64,000 nucleotides of DNA from the human T2T-CHM13v2.0 reference genome, Homo sapiens: NCBI RefSeq assembly GCF_009914755.1, contig NC_060933.1. One strand, 5' to 3'. This document shows, piece after piece, positions 43,111-57,790 of the stretch. The notes under the pieces were generated by a model that was not told where the DNA came from, did not search any database, and saw only the letters and a program-made list of their open reading frames with translations. Position 1 is the first letter of the stretch; each line of letters starts with the position of its first letter. The translations under genes and the position numbers were made by a program.

Positions 43111-44659
43111 GAATAGAAAACCTGAATAGACCAATAATAAGTAATGAGATTGAAGCAGTAATAAAATGTCCCCCATCAAGGAAAAGCCCAGGAACTGATG
43201 GCTCCACCACTAAATTCTACATAACATTTAAAGAAGAACTAATACCGATTCTTCAAAAACTATTCCAAAACATTGAAGAGAAGGGAATACTTCCAAAATC
43301 ATTCTACAAGGCCAGTATTACCTTAATACTAAAACCACACAAGGATACAACGACCAAAAAGAAAACTACAGGCCAATATTCCTAATGAATATAGATGCAA
43401 TAATCTTCAACCGAACACTAGTAAACCAAATCCAAAAACACATTAAAAAGTTCATTCATCATGATCAAGTGGGATTCATCCCAGGGGTGAAAGGATGGTT
43501 CAATATAGGCAAATCAATTAACATGATACGTCACATTAACAGAATCAAGGGTAAAAACCGTATGATCATTTTAATAGATACAGAAGAAGTGTTTGATAAA
43601 ATGTAACATCCTTGATGATAAAAATGCTCAACAAATTAGGTACAGAAGGAATATATTTCAACACAACATGACAAAGGCCACGTATGACAAACCCACAGCT
43701 AACATCATGCTGAATGGGAAAATGTTTAAAGCTTCTCCTCTAAGATCTGGAAAAATATAAGAAAGTCCATTTTCACCACTCTTATTCAACATCATGCTGG
43801 AAGTCCTAGCTAGAGCAATTAGTCAAAGAAATAAAGGGCATCCACATTGGGAAGGAAGAAGTCATATTGCCCCTACTGGCAGATATGAATATATATACAC
43901 ATATATACACATATGTATGTGTGTATATATATATGTATATTCTCAAAGATCTCCCCAAAAACTATTAGAATGAGTAAGTAAATTCAGGAAAGTTGTAGTA
44001 TACAAAATCAACATGGAAAATTAGTAGCATTTCTATATACCAATAACAAACTATTCGAAAAAAAATCAAGAAAGCAAATCCATTTACAATAGCTACAAAA
44101 TAATAAATTACCTAGGTCTAAATTTTAGCAAGGATGTAAAAGATCTCTACAATGAAAACTATAAAACACTGATGAAAGAAATAGAAGACACAAATGAATG
44201 AAAAGATATCTCATGTTCATAAATTGGAAGAATTAATATCATTAAAATGACTGTATCTACAGATCCAACACAATCCCTATAGAAACACCCATGGCATTCT
44301 TCACAGAAATAGAAAAACAATCCTAAAATTCATATGGAACCACAAAAGACTCCAAGTAACCAAAGCGATCTTGAGAAAAAGAACTAAGCTAGAACAAAAT
44401 TACAGTTAGATAGGAGGAATAAGTTCTGTTACATTAGCAGGGTGATTACAGCTAATAGCAAGGTATTATATATTTTAAGATAAGTAGAAAAGAGGATCTT
44501 GAAAGTTATCGCCACAAAGAAATCATAAAAGTTTCAGTGACTGACATGCTAACTACTCTGATTTGATGATTATACAATGTGCACATGTATTAAAGCCTCA
44601 CACTGTATCCCATACATGTACAATTTTTATGTGTCAATTTTAACAACATTAATAAAAAT

Positions 44660-45340
44660 AACACAACTTTAACACTACTACACACTTAGCAGAATACCTC
44701 AAGCTAAACAAATGGTAGGAAACCAGGTGCTATCACCAACGTGGAACCAACTACGATTCTCATAAACTGCTGTTGGGAGTATAAATTGGACAAAGTAGTC
44801 CCCACTTTGGAAAACCGGCAATATCTCTAAAGCTAAATGTATACCTGTTCTATGACCCCACAATTCCATTCCTGAGTATATACCCTACAGAAATCAGTGT
44901 ATATGTAAACCAAAATAAACATATAATAATATTCACAGTAAAACAACCCTAATGTCCTTCAACAAAAGAATTGATAAACTCAGTATATTCACACAATGGA
45001 TTAAACAGCAAAAAAGGAATGAATCATGAATTAATCTCTACAATATTAAACAAGAAGTCAGATGCAAAAGGCTACATACTATATGATTCCACGCAGATGA
45101 AGTTAAGAACAGGCAAAACTGCTCTATGGTGACAGAGGTCAGAGTAGTGGTTACCTTTCTGAAAGTGGTTGATATTGACTGACTGAGAAGGCATATGAGG
45201 GAGCCTCCCAGGGGCCAGAAAATGTTCTATGTCTTGATTCAAGTGCTAGTTATATAGTTTTTCAGATATGTGAAAATTTAGCAAGCTCTACGCTTGATAT
45301 TTCTGTTTCTTCACTATTCAAGTTACATCGCAATTTAAAA
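44660..45340 (+). mobile_element. L1ME-type 3' fragment
   Basis: gggagtataaattgg...tatgaccccacaattccattcctgag...aacaggcaaaactgctctatggtgacagaggtcagag. Confidence 0.75.
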
Positions 45341-45442
45341 ACATCAAATATTAGATGAGAATTTGAGTTATTTATTATCACATTGGATGTATTATGTGAC
45401 TAGTAGTCAAACTTTTCACCACTTAAGAATAACCGGGAGATC

Positions 45443-45747
<305 letters not shown>

Positions 45748-46819
45748 TAACCGGGAGATCTAAGAGACCTGCCTAAAATTTTATTCCCATGGGGAAGAGA
45801 AGACAAGTCTGTTAAGTGGGTAGAAAGAAGCTGTAAGAGAAGAACAAGAGATGATGGCTATTTGCATCCCATTGAGTCCAGCCCATTCAATAAATGTGTT
45901 ATATATAGAAGGCAGTGGATTTTGCTTGAGATTCCTTGAACAACAAATAGTGTTTTCTGAGCCTGCCAGTTATTACTTAGGTTTCTGTTTACTATTCAGT
46001 TCCAAAGATTAACTCTGATGTGATGACATGGGAACCATGGTTCACACTGACATCAGCAGTTTATTGACCTGTGTCTAGTGTTAATATCCAAAAACATTGT
46101 GAAAGACAGAAGTCCCCCTGCTTAGCCCAATGAGATCAACATTAGCCACTGGCTGACATTATCCAACTAATGATTACAACAGACTGTAACTATTCATTCT
46201 GACTAACATAGCACTTTGCTAGATAATACTTAGATTGGCTAATTACCAACTATTAAGCCTATTTTTTATGAAGTTATAGGAATATACTTACATATATATG
46301 CATATGTGTGTATACATATATATTTAAACATTTTACTACTTTAGCTTTACTTTAGATTCTACTCTAGCTTTTATTTTGGGTGACTCCTGGTTTAACGTGA
46401 CAAATTTACCACCTTAATACCATCAATTATATATTTTTAATCTTTTCCTCTTCTTTTCCTCTTAAAGAGTATAAAGGTATACATCAGGTATAAATCCACA
46501 GAGAATGGAAGAGAGAATATTCACAAACAAAAGATTACAACACATTTTTCTTTGAGATGACTGAACTGTAGAACCCCAGGGATGCAGGCCTACCAAAGGA
46601 TGGGGTGGAGAAGGCTCTGGAAACAGGAGGTTCACTGATCCAGAACAGCAGGATCCCCAGCCCTCTGCTCCACACCACACACATGTATCACTAGGAGCCA
46701 GCAGCTACTTCTCAGGAAAAAGACTGGAATGTGGAGATTCCCAGTGGAACAACCTAATAGCTCCCTTGGTTACCCTGTAGAGAGGCCTGCTGATGGACAA
46801 TGTTGTCCTACTCAAGTCC

Positions 46820-46825
46820 TTTCTC

Positions 46826-46896
<71 letters not shown>

Positions 46897-46907
46897 CTCT
46901 CTCTCTT

Positions 46908-46982
<75 letters not shown>

Positions 46983-47050
46983 GTGTTTCTCTGTCTCTCT
47001 TTCTCTCTTTCTTTCTCTCTTTCCCTCTCTCTTTCTTTCTTTCTTTCCTT
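46820..47050 (+). repeat. (CTTT)n/(CT)n compound microsatellite (tail of an antisense Alu)
   Basis: Directly visible. Confidence 0.97.
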
Positions 47051-47327
<277 letters not shown>

Positions 47328-47329
47328 TC

Positions 47330-47751
47330 AAGTCCCTACTTTCAATGTGCTTTCCCACCCAACAGCCAGCACCTATGGCTCTTTTTGGGAGGGCTGCACT
47401 TGCTTCACCCTTTCATGTCAAGAGCCAGAAATACCTGAGAATTTATGTCCCCACCCAACAGACCCCCTCTCTTAACTGAAGACTGACAGGTATGGAGTAT
47501 GAAACACCAACCCCATAGATTCAGGCAGGGACAACTCTGAGGCTGACTTACACTCCAGAGCTCCCCCACCCCACACAGGATCAGGCTGAAGCCCCTCTTT
47601 GCAGTATTTTGTTTGAATGAGAGCATACCCTTACTTGACTTCTTCCCCTTCCCTTCCCAGTTTTTCCTAGGAGCATCTCCTTAATAGAGCAGCACATATA
47701 CACACAAACCCTCTTCTTGGTGTCTGCTTCTGAGGATTCTGACCTAAGACA
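47330..47751 (+). mobile_element. ERVL LTR (LTR16-like) 3' part
   Basis: Ends aaccctcttcttggtgtctgcttctgaggattctgacctaagaca. Confidence 0.55.
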
Positions 47752-49556
47752 TCTGCAAAGCACACCAACTTATACAGACCTTCTGGCCAGCTTCAGTGTC
47801 ACAGTCCTACATATGAAAAGACAATCAACGATAAGCAGACTGTGCTAAAAACCTCCAGCAGGGAAGGGAGTGATCAACATAAACAAAAAGATGTAAACAC
47901 TGTAATTCCCCAAGTGGGAGAAGCAGGAGATGTGATAGGAGAGGGAAAAATTAAACTCAGAAAGAGTAAAAGATTCACTGTACAGATATCATAATAAATG
48001 ACACCTGAATCATCCACTTTCATATGCACATTCTCTCTACTTCATCAAGGGGAGCCACATTCCACATGAGAAGCTGCAGACGGGTTGATAATTGCCTACC
48101 CATCACATCACCATGCAGTCCTCTCTAAGCCTGCCCTCTCCACATCACCCCATCGCCTCTGCATCCATCCACTAAAGGTAATTTTGAAAACAGTCTTTGC
48201 ACTGCCAGTAAGTACCATGTTGTGTTTCACAGGGAGCAGCTTAGACATAATAGCAAACAAAATCCTGAGCCTCTCATCCTCCACTCTTCCCCAAGCAGGT
48301 TTCAAATACCTCACATGACTTAAATGTATAATGATATGCACTTTTAACACTGGCTTAAAATTCTGTCTTTAGGACTAGACATCATCTACCATAGCAGTAA
48401 CAATTTATGTCAAGTCAAAGTATACTTTATAATTTATTTTACATGTGTCATGGATCTCTCTTCCAGGTTATGGAAAATTAATATATTTTGGCAGGCTAAA
48501 ATACTTAAGCACTCAACAGAAAGCTGACTTAATTGTTCCTTTCCTTAACAAATTTTAATAAGGAGTAGATACTGTTAGTGATTTTGGTCCCAAGCTTTTA
48601 ATATATTTATTTCTTCCCACCCCTTAACTACATACCCACGTGCACACACTTACACACAATCCTTATTATAGAGTAACATATTGATCATAGACTATGTGGA
48701 ATACCACAAACAGCCCTGCCATAATTCCAGCATACAGTTTCTGTCCATTTTGAGAAGAAATGTCAATTTACATATGTTATAATAATTCCACTTCCAAGTC
48801 TATACTTATTAAGAAGAAAAACAGGAGGTATGTTCAAGGCTTTGCTCTTAGAGAGATGTGCATGATTCCTCAATACATGGTAGGGAAATACAAAGATAAA
48901 GTACATTCTATGAGGTCCTCTTTATTTATAGTCAAATGCATGGAGTTCTGGCCCCCATGTTAAATTTTGGGGAAAGCATATCACCAAGGGCTGCTGGCAG
49001 CTGAGGCATGAAACACTTCAGCCGGTTCAGAGTTCCCTATAGTGGCAGGATACCCAAGGGAGCAAAGCTAAACATCTGGCCACTTTAGTTATCATCTAAC
49101 AAGCGCTTTTCATGCTGAAATGTTGGTTTTGTTTGTCTGTTTGCTTTTCCTCTCTGTCCTCCCTGACATTCTTTTCCTTTTATGGTTAATAACAGAGGGG
49201 GGAAATACTTTAAGGCAAGAATCTCAAAGCCTTATATTTAATCACAAAATCTTAACTCAATCATTCCCAAAACTTTACTAGAGAATAGGTGGAATTTCCT
49301 TTAAAGATGAAAAAACAGGAAACATACAAAAGCAACAGATTTTTAATCCTGATTTACTCAATAAATATTTCTTGGGCATATAGAATATACATGTGGGGGG
49401 CATACTATACATATGCTATTATCTTTCTCAGTGTTAAGGGAGATGAAAAAATGAGTGTGTGGGTGGGTGCATATTTTGAAAGGACAAGAGAGATGGAAAA
49501 GATGAGCATGAGCTGCTGGAATCCAGAGTGGTACAAAGCACTGTGAGAGTTTAGAT

Positions 49557-49888
49557 CAGGGGTCAGTAAACTGAGGTCCGTGGGACAAATCCATCCCACT
49601 GCCTGTTTGTGTACTGCCTTGGAGCTGAGAATGTTTTTTATGTTTTTAGATGGTTGCAAAAAGTTAAATGAGAAATCAACATTTTGTGAAGCAAAAATGA
49701 TATGAAATTTGAATTTTAGCATCCATAAACAAACTTTGGTTGAAATACAGTCACACTAATAGGTTTACATATTGTGTACAGTTGCTTTTGCACTACAAGG
49801 GCAGAGTGGAGGAGTTGTGGCAGAGACCATACGGCCCACAAAACCTATTTACTACTAGCCCTAAACAGAGAAAGTTTGTCAACTTCTG
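49557..49888. mobile_element. MER58-type hAT MITE
   Basis: Termini caggggtcagtaaact / agtttgtcaacttctg; 8-bp TSD gtttagat/gtttagag. Confidence 0.85.
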
Positions 49889-50206
49889 GTTTAGAGGAAA
49901 GAGACACTAGCTATTAGAACTAGGTAGGGAGTCACTTTCGTTCAATGTCATGATGAAGGAAGTGAGACATCTACCTTACTTTTCTGTACCCTTTCATATT
50001 TTATTTGACCCCAGCGGCCCTGTGCAGGAAGAGATGGGAAGGGCAGGTTTCATCATTTCCCCTTTTGTAGCTGGAGAAGCTGAGGCTCAGACCAACCTGG
50101 AGACTTGTTCACTGTTGATGGCTAATTATGGCAGCACTGTATTCCAGCTCATTCTGAGTCCTTGCCACCCCACAGGGCCAAGAATGGAGAGATGTCGGTG
50201 CAACAG

Positions 50207-50638
50207 TACTATGGTCTGAATGTGGTTCATCCCCACCAAAATTCATGTTGACATTTAATCCCCAATGTGGCAGTATTGGGAGGTGCATGGGTCATGGGGG
50301 GTGAATCTCTTATGAACAGATGAATGTCCTCCTGCAGTGATGAATGAGTTCTCACTCTTGCAAGGATGGAATAGTTTCCTAGACAGTGGATTGTTAAAAA
50401 GAATCTGGCTTCCTTGGTTTTTCTCTCGTTTCCTCTTTCACCATGTTATCTCTTCGCACACACTCGCTGTCTTTCCACTTTCCACTATGAGTGGAAGCAG
50501 CATGAGACCCTTACCAGATGCAGCTGCCTGGTCTTAAACTCTCCAGCCACCAGAATTGTGAGCCAAATAAACTTCTTTTCTTTGTAAGTTACCCAGCCTC
50601 AGGTACTCTGTTATAGCAACACTGAATGGACTAAGACA
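50207..50638 (+). mobile_element. MST (MaLR) solo LTR
   Basis: tactatggtctgaatgt...acccagcctcaggtactctgttatagcaacactgaatggactaagaca; 5-bp TSD aacag. Confidence 0.9.
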
Positions 50639-50641
50639 AAC

Positions 50642-50646
<5 letters not shown>

Positions 50647-50678
<32 letters not shown>
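50647..50678 (+). repeat. (CA)n microsatellite
   Basis: Directly visible. Confidence 0.95.
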
Positions 50679-50682
<4 letters not shown>

Positions 50683-53600
50683 TCCCAAGTAGGATGAAGG
50701 CATCATAAACAAGAGAGTCAAGATGGGGCAGTGGGGATGGGAAGCTACTGCTGGGCCCAGAGGACAGAATAGACTCCAGGACCAGCAACTGTCTGGGCCC
50801 ATTCCTGTGCCTAGACCTGAGGCAAATCCCCTTTGTCCTGTTTTGTAGCCACTGAGGAACCTCTGAGAACCTCAAAGTCCAATCTGCAATATAAGTTCTC
50901 TCCTGATGTGGTTATGAAGAGTAAATTAGGTCATTATGAGAAGTAAATGAGTTAGCTGTGTACAGTACTTAGCGCAATGCCTGACACTTTGTAACTTGTT
51001 TTTAGTCACTGGATGGGGAATCTGCTGAGCTTTTAAAAAAGGAATTTATGTGTACTTTGATAGCTAGCCTGCCATAAAGAACACAATCATACCTGAACAT
51101 AAGATTAGGTTAAGCTTTCATATGACCTAATACTATGGAAACATTTCATCTGTAGAACAAATTCTAGCTCCTTTAGGAGAGAACTCTTCCAGGTACTAGC
51201 TCAGGGAAAAATGATTCTTATATTTTCAAGTTATTTGGAAGGGAAGTGGGCGTAGAAACTATTTTCACATCTGGGAAGAAATAATATTAGGTTAAAATTT
51301 AGAATTAAGTAATTTAACTAAACATCCAGAACTCTAGAGGCTAAGAGACAGCAGCTAGGAAGAGGGGCAGGAAGAGTGAAGGACAGGAAAGAATCGTGAG
51401 GAACCAGCTCAGCAAGGAGGTTGTGGCCCAGTGACTTGACACGGTCCCCACAACCCAAGAAAGCCACAGATCTAAGAACAAATCTATTCTTCTTACTCCA
51501 CTTTCCCTTTTCCACACTAATGTAATTTCTTCTTTTGGAAACAAAATGTCTACTCAAAAATAAAGTTTCTCTCTGTGATTACTGCATCATTTGTCCATAC
51601 CACCAAATATCCAAATATGCTAACAATTCAAAAAACGAAAAAACAACTTTTGACATGAAATTATTTCATACTATAAGAAAATAAACACTCTTCTGATAAA
51701 TGTAATACAATACAGCAGTGTTTTCTAAACTGCATATTAGGGTTCACCAATGCAGAGATTACTTCAGTGGGTTGGCAAACATACAGAACAGAAGAGAATA
51801 GGATAGGAAGCATCAGGGTGGATTACACATAATAAAGGACAAGTATTGTTGAGTGAAACTTGTTTCAGTGATGTATGTGTGTGTGTATATGTGTTTACAC
51901 ACATTCATCTATGTTGCTAGCCTATCATCTAAATTGTGTTCTCACCAGGAATCATGGCCAAAAGTGTGTAAAAGCCACTGCAACAGAATGCAACCCACTT
52001 TAGTAAAGTCCAGTATAAAAGTCCAAATTCACTGAATAGCCAATGTAGGGGGTAATTATTCTTGTTAAGTGGAATTTCCTTAAATGACTCTAAGCTCGTC
52101 CTCTGCTTTTAAAATATGCTACAATTTACAAGAAAAAGGAATTTATACATACTTTGGCAATTATCCTTCTTTAAAATAAAGTGTGCCTGTTAATAAATGC
52201 AGAATTGATCTCGAGATACAAAATTTATCAATAGTCAGAAACATAACGATTACATTATTTGGAATGGTGGCCAATTAATTCCATTAGGAAATAAATCATT
52301 GCTGTATTTGCTGTATTTTTCATACAGATTGTATGCTAATTAATCCACATGGAACAGAAGAGGAGGCTGAAAAGGAAACTTAGTGTGTAGGGATTGGTTT
52401 TGCCACCATACCTTGACAACCTCCTGTGATCACTTTACATATACAAAAAGATGAGATTCTGTCCTCCAAAATGTGTATTTCAGAAAAGAGAAAGTTGCCT
52501 TATGTATAAATGCTTACAAAGTCTCCCATATTGTGGGGTATTCTCTTAATTACCTTCTTCTGAATGCCAAAAACCCTGTTACCTCCAAGATAACAGAAAT
52601 TGAAAGCCATGTAATTCACTAATGCTGGATGTGACGGCAACTGATTTTAAAGAGAGAAACCATGAAAAAACATATTACCTGGTAAGACTGCAGATTTCAT
52701 GAAAAGGAGTTGTGTGTTTCAGAGGTTACTTAAGAACTATTTGGAGAAGATAGCCGGAAATAAACTCAATCAACACAAGATAGGGATACTTCTGAAGGCT
52801 ATGCAATTGAAAGAAGATAAATGACTGAATGAATACAGAGTAAAGGAGGCCATGATTTTAACACCAATTGAAGTAAATATTCCTGGGGAGGAGCTTTACA
52901 ATTGCTTGTCTTGGATGTCTTTACACAAGACATACAGAAGTGCTGGGTTGCAGAGATCATAAATATACTCCTTTAGGAAGAAAGGATAAAACAAACGTTC
53001 TTACATTAAGTGAATGAGCACACAGGGTTTGGAATAAAGTTTGTGGTGGTAGCATCATACAGAAACTCAAGAAGTACTATATCTCAAAAAAGTTAGATAG
53101 AAATGAACATGACAAAAGTGGCCTAATCATGACAAAGACTCTAAAGTCAAAAAAGTATGTGAAGTATTTGAATAAATGATTTCATAAAATGTGAGAATGG
53201 AAGGATGTCATATTTCTAAATTAATAATTTTATATAATGTGACTTCAATTATATGAAAGTAAACTAATAAATTAAACATAAGTAGATACTTCACTCTTTG
53301 CCTATATTCCTAGAATATGCATATTCAAGTTGACATAAAGTCTTTTTATAAATGCTCTTGTTGGAAAACTGAGGGCCACCCTATAACAGAGCGTATCTTA
53401 CACATGAGCATATATAGTACTCTGCACCTCAGATAACTGAGGGTGGCCAATAGTTGGCTTGTGAGTGAACAGAACTGCAGGCAGTTGTCACAATACATTA
53501 AAATCCCTAAATTAAAATAACTGCCATCAAACCAATTATTATCTGTTAAAAATTCTTTATGATACCTCTGTGCTGTGTTAAACAGGGGTCCCATGTCCAC

Positions 53601-54418
53601 TTCTGAGTTCAGCTATAGCTGTATCGACAGTCTCCAAATACACTGACAGTTTCCCACTTCCACCTGGCTCTGCCTCTCTGCTTCTCTGCTCAAGAGCTTT
53701 CTTTGGTGTCTCTGGAGCTTGCTCAGGCTAATCTTAGCAGCCCTAAAGTACTGAAGATTTAATATCCCTAGGGAAATGGTGGATAAAGACCCCACTTTCT
53801 CCACTGCTTGGTGGACAATCCTAATGTGCAGTCTATATAATGCCAGCAGAGCCAAGCCTCAGCTGCCCACCGTGGTAACCTGCTCATTAACTCACCTCTT
53901 AATGGGCTTTCTTCCCTCTCCTGTGTCATTTTCTCCATTCTCTCACTTGTGCTTCTTGAGGTTGTCTCTCAGATAAACTATTCTGAACTCAAGTCCTCAT
54001 CTCAGGGTCTGCATGCATAAACTGCTTTAGCATCCTATGGCAATTCTGTGTCCTGTTTGAAAAACAGCTACCTATCTGCAGAAATCAAGGTAAACGAGCT
54101 TTACCCTCATTCTTTACACCTGAGTTACTTAAATCTTTGGAAATTTCTCATCAATTCCTCTCCGTAAGTATTTGATAAACCCTTACTAATGCAGAGAGTC
54201 AGTCTGTGTTATAGAGTATACCCAGATGAACAAAACAAAGTTCTAGCCTCAAGGATCTTATACTTGAGAATGGAACATGAAACAAGGAAGAAGAAAAGAG
54301 AGCAATATTTAAAGAAGATTCAGGACACAGAAGAGATGTAAGTTCCAAGGAGCAGAACTACTTCCAGCTGACTAGTATTTCATCACTACCCAGACAGAAT
54401 CACGCTTTGTTTTCTGAT

Positions 54419-54641
54419 GTGATCTCGGCTCACTGCAACCTCTGCCTCCCAGGTTCAAGCAATTCTCCTGCCTCAGCCTCCCAAATAGCTGGGACTACAA
54501 GCATGCGCCACCATGCCCGGCTAATTCTTGTATTTTTAGTAGAGACAGCATTTCGCCATGTTGGCCAGGCTGCTCTCGAACTCCTGACCTCAAGTGATCT
54601 GCCTGCCTCAGCCTCCCAAAGTGCTGGGATTACAGGCATGA
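54419..54641 (-). mobile_element. Doubly truncated, tailless Alu
   Basis: Antisense Alu lacking both the 3' end/poly(A) and the first ~15 nt; flanked by ttgttttct repeats. Confidence 0.9.
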
Positions 54642-54859
54642 TTGTTTTCTAACTTAAATACATTTGATTGAGGATATTCATCTTTATATAAACCCAGTAC
54701 TGATTCATAGGTCAGCCCAAATACAGTAGATGGTAATACAGCCTTATGGGCAAACAATTGAAAATGAAAGGCAAAGCATTTTATTGTGAATTCCCTAAGT
54801 GACTGCTCCAGGTAAACCAAGGAAACCAATAAGGTTTCCCTGCTGTCCCTTGAGGATGC

Positions 54860-55240
54860 CAAACATGTTCTTATCCAGCCTTTTCATTTTTGATATCCTC
54901 TCTGCCTAGAAGACCCTTCCCCCAAATATCTGCAGGGCTCACTACTTCACATCTTTCAGCTCTTTCTGCTTAAGGTCTTCCCTGACCATACTATATAAAC
55001 TAATGTCACCCCCCACCCACCCACTATCATCAGTCCATTGCTCTCTCTCTTTTATTCTTCGTCATAGCACTTACCACCTGGCATATTATGTAATTACTTA
55101 TTTATTTATTTTTAATCTCCTTCCACTAAAAGTTCTGTGATATTAAGGACATGCCTCCCCCCACCCCATATTCCTTGCACCTAGAATAGTTTCTGGCCCA
55201 GAGAAAGTGTTCAATGAGTGTATGTTGAAGGAATGAATAA
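54860..55240 (+). mobile_element. L2 3' fragment
   Basis: cttccctgacca...catagcacttaccacctggc...cacctagaatagtttctggc...gaatgaataaa. Confidence 0.75.
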
Positions 55241-55899
55241 ATTTCATCATTAAAACCTCAAAATCACCACTCATTACAGTTGAAGTTCCATAAACTCACC
55301 TGGAATCATGACATAATCCCATAACTCAAGGATCTAAAGGGTTCACAATCATTTTGTGAAAAATGTGGGGTTTTTAAAAATAAAGCTTCAATGTATATAT
55401 CAGGTATGAATAAATAGTTTTAATGCTATCATAAACTTGCACAGGCCATAAAAGGCAACTCATTCGATGTCCATTGTGTAAGAATGAAATCCTGAAATTT
55501 AAAATTTTAGATACTGTTGCTAGCTTACTTAAAAAAAGTTTATTCATGTATTCATGTGACAAATGTATATTGAATGCATATGATGGGTATGGTATTGGGC
55601 GAGGTGCTATATTTGATTTTTCTTTTGAAAACTGACTTTACATGTACGTCACTGTAAAACCATATTCTACCATTACAGATAGAAAAAGCTCATCCTTTAA
55701 AAAAACACTTACATTTTTCCCCATTGTTTTACTATAAACTTCTTAAAATTTAGCTCAGATCTCTGAGAGAGAATATTTACAGGAAATACAAGTGGAGTCT
55801 TTTATTTGGATAATTTTAAAGGTAAACATTCTCCTCTTTTTACTGCATTTAAGGGAATGAAGAACCACTGTATTTAGCGAGATTAAATGCTCACTATAC

Positions 55900-57790
55900 A
55901 AAAATTACTTAAGTAGTTGTCAAACTCCAATTATATAGCGTTAATTGGTTTCACTACAAATTCCTGCTTTTCAAACACATGAGGTCCTCATGGTTGGGTA
56001 ATGATCTTTTATTCACTCCTAATTGACTCACTGCTCTGTTTCCACAATGCCCACAAGTCTTTGTCATTCTACTCCTGGCTTCAACCTGCCCACCTCTCTT
56101 TGACCTCACTTAAAAGACTGTGGCCAAATTCCTTTCTTTCCACCTCAAAATTCCTATGCTTCTGTCTCAAAAGAATCCTTCCTTTGCTTTCATCTAGTAT
56201 CCTCCCATCTTCTTGAAGACTTAATTCCCTCAATTGAGCCTCTCCCTTACATTTTCAATCTCTTTTTCCCTCAATGGATTGTTCTCCTCAGCTTATAAAG
56301 CAGGCTCAAGTCTTCCTATACTAAAAATACCACTTTCCCTCTACTACACCATTGTTGTGATATATCATACTCTCTCTCCTTCTCTTTTATCTCCCAACTT
56401 ATTGAAAATGAAGTCTGTTTTCACTGCTTTCCATTTCCCTTCCCCCACGCCTCCCTTCAACCCTTGCCCCTGGCTGCCACTTCCACCTACCACAAAGACA
56501 ATCAAGGAAATCCAAGAGTCAAATCCAATGGCTTTGCCTTGGTTGCACCGTCACCCATGGGGTGTGCTGTGTGAGTGACAGGGGCTCTCCTCACCCCTTC
56601 CAGCTTCCATGACACTGTACCACTTCACTTCCATCATTTTTCTCCAATTGCCCCTTGTTTAACGTGGTTCCTGTCCTCTTCTTTCTCTTTCCCCTCCAAC
56701 ATACAGACATCCCTCAAGGATCCTATCCTTACTTTTGCTTCTTCTTTCTTCATTTTCTTTATCAGTGATTCCTGGGATATGAAAATCGCTCCTAAGCAGA
56801 TGACCTACAAATCTCCTGGTAGCTCTAACCTCCCTCTGTATTCTAGTCCCTTAACTTGGACAAGCCTGTCATGCTCAAAAAGAAACTTCTCTCCTCTTCC
56901 TTATCCTCTGTTATATCTTCTTTCTGAAAATGACCCAACTGCTCTCTCAGCTAAGCCTGACAATGATCTTTTGGCCTCCCTTTTCCCTTCCTCACTTTCC
57001 AGTGACTGTTCAAGCTCCTCAGATAATTCCCGCACACCACCTCTTAGGTGTGTTCCCTTCTTGCCTCCCACTGCCTCTTTCCATCTTTCCCCTACTTTGA
57101 CAATAGAGTCTGTCTGGTCTCCCTCCTGCCAGCCTTTTCCCATGTCATTCCATCCAACATAATACTACAAAAGTATTGCCCCAAAGCACAGTTCTGATAC
57201 TGTCAATCTTTCTCCTCACAAATCTTCTATAGTTCCCCAGTCCTTACTGAACAAAATCCACACTCCTTAGCTTGGCGTACAAGTTGCTCCACCACCTTGA
57301 ACAAACCTCTCTTTCTTGCTTTATCCCTCATTACATCTCTTGGCATTCCTAGTGCTTCAGCCAAAGCACACCATTTTTTGTTTCCTGTGTAGGCATACAC
57401 CTTCCACTGCCAGGCCTGTGCTACACTGTTCCTCCCCCAAGCATGCCCTTCCTTCTCTGCCAACCCAAATGCCACCTTAATCACAGCTCAAATGCTATAT
57501 CCCATGTAACCTTCCCTAATTCTTCCATCAGAAGTCACTTTGTACCCTGTGAACTCCCACAGCTCTGCAGGAATACTGCTTTTTCAGCACTTAATCATTT
57601 TTCACTATTTTTACAGTTAGTAACATATTTCCTCTTTTCTCCTTCTAGATCATGATCCACCTCTGGCCAGGATCTAAGACTTAGCATTCTTTGAACCTCC
57701 AACCCTTCTCAACATTCCCTGTCCCCTATCCAAAGGTACAGTGGATCTGAGATGCGGGAGGCAATTAACAAATGTTTGCAAATTAATTAT
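55900..57790 (+). mobile_element. Long L2 fragment(s)
   Basis: Pyrimidine-rich L2 body (caaatccaatggc, gcttccatgacact, aaaatccacactccttagc) ending caattaacaaatgtttg. Confidence 0.65.

Noticed and set aside
46015-46056. C/D-box snoRNA-like motif: ctgatg-TGATGA...CTGA-catcag with an internal gaaccatggttc palindrome
   Set aside because: Only 42 nt, the stem register leaves a 1-nt rather than 3-nt K-turn bulge, and it is antisense to the inferred host transcript. Probably a chance hairpin
56575-57162. 195-aa Ser/Pro/Leu-rich ORF
   Set aside because: Lies in a pyrimidine-rich L2 remnant that is compositionally depleted of stops
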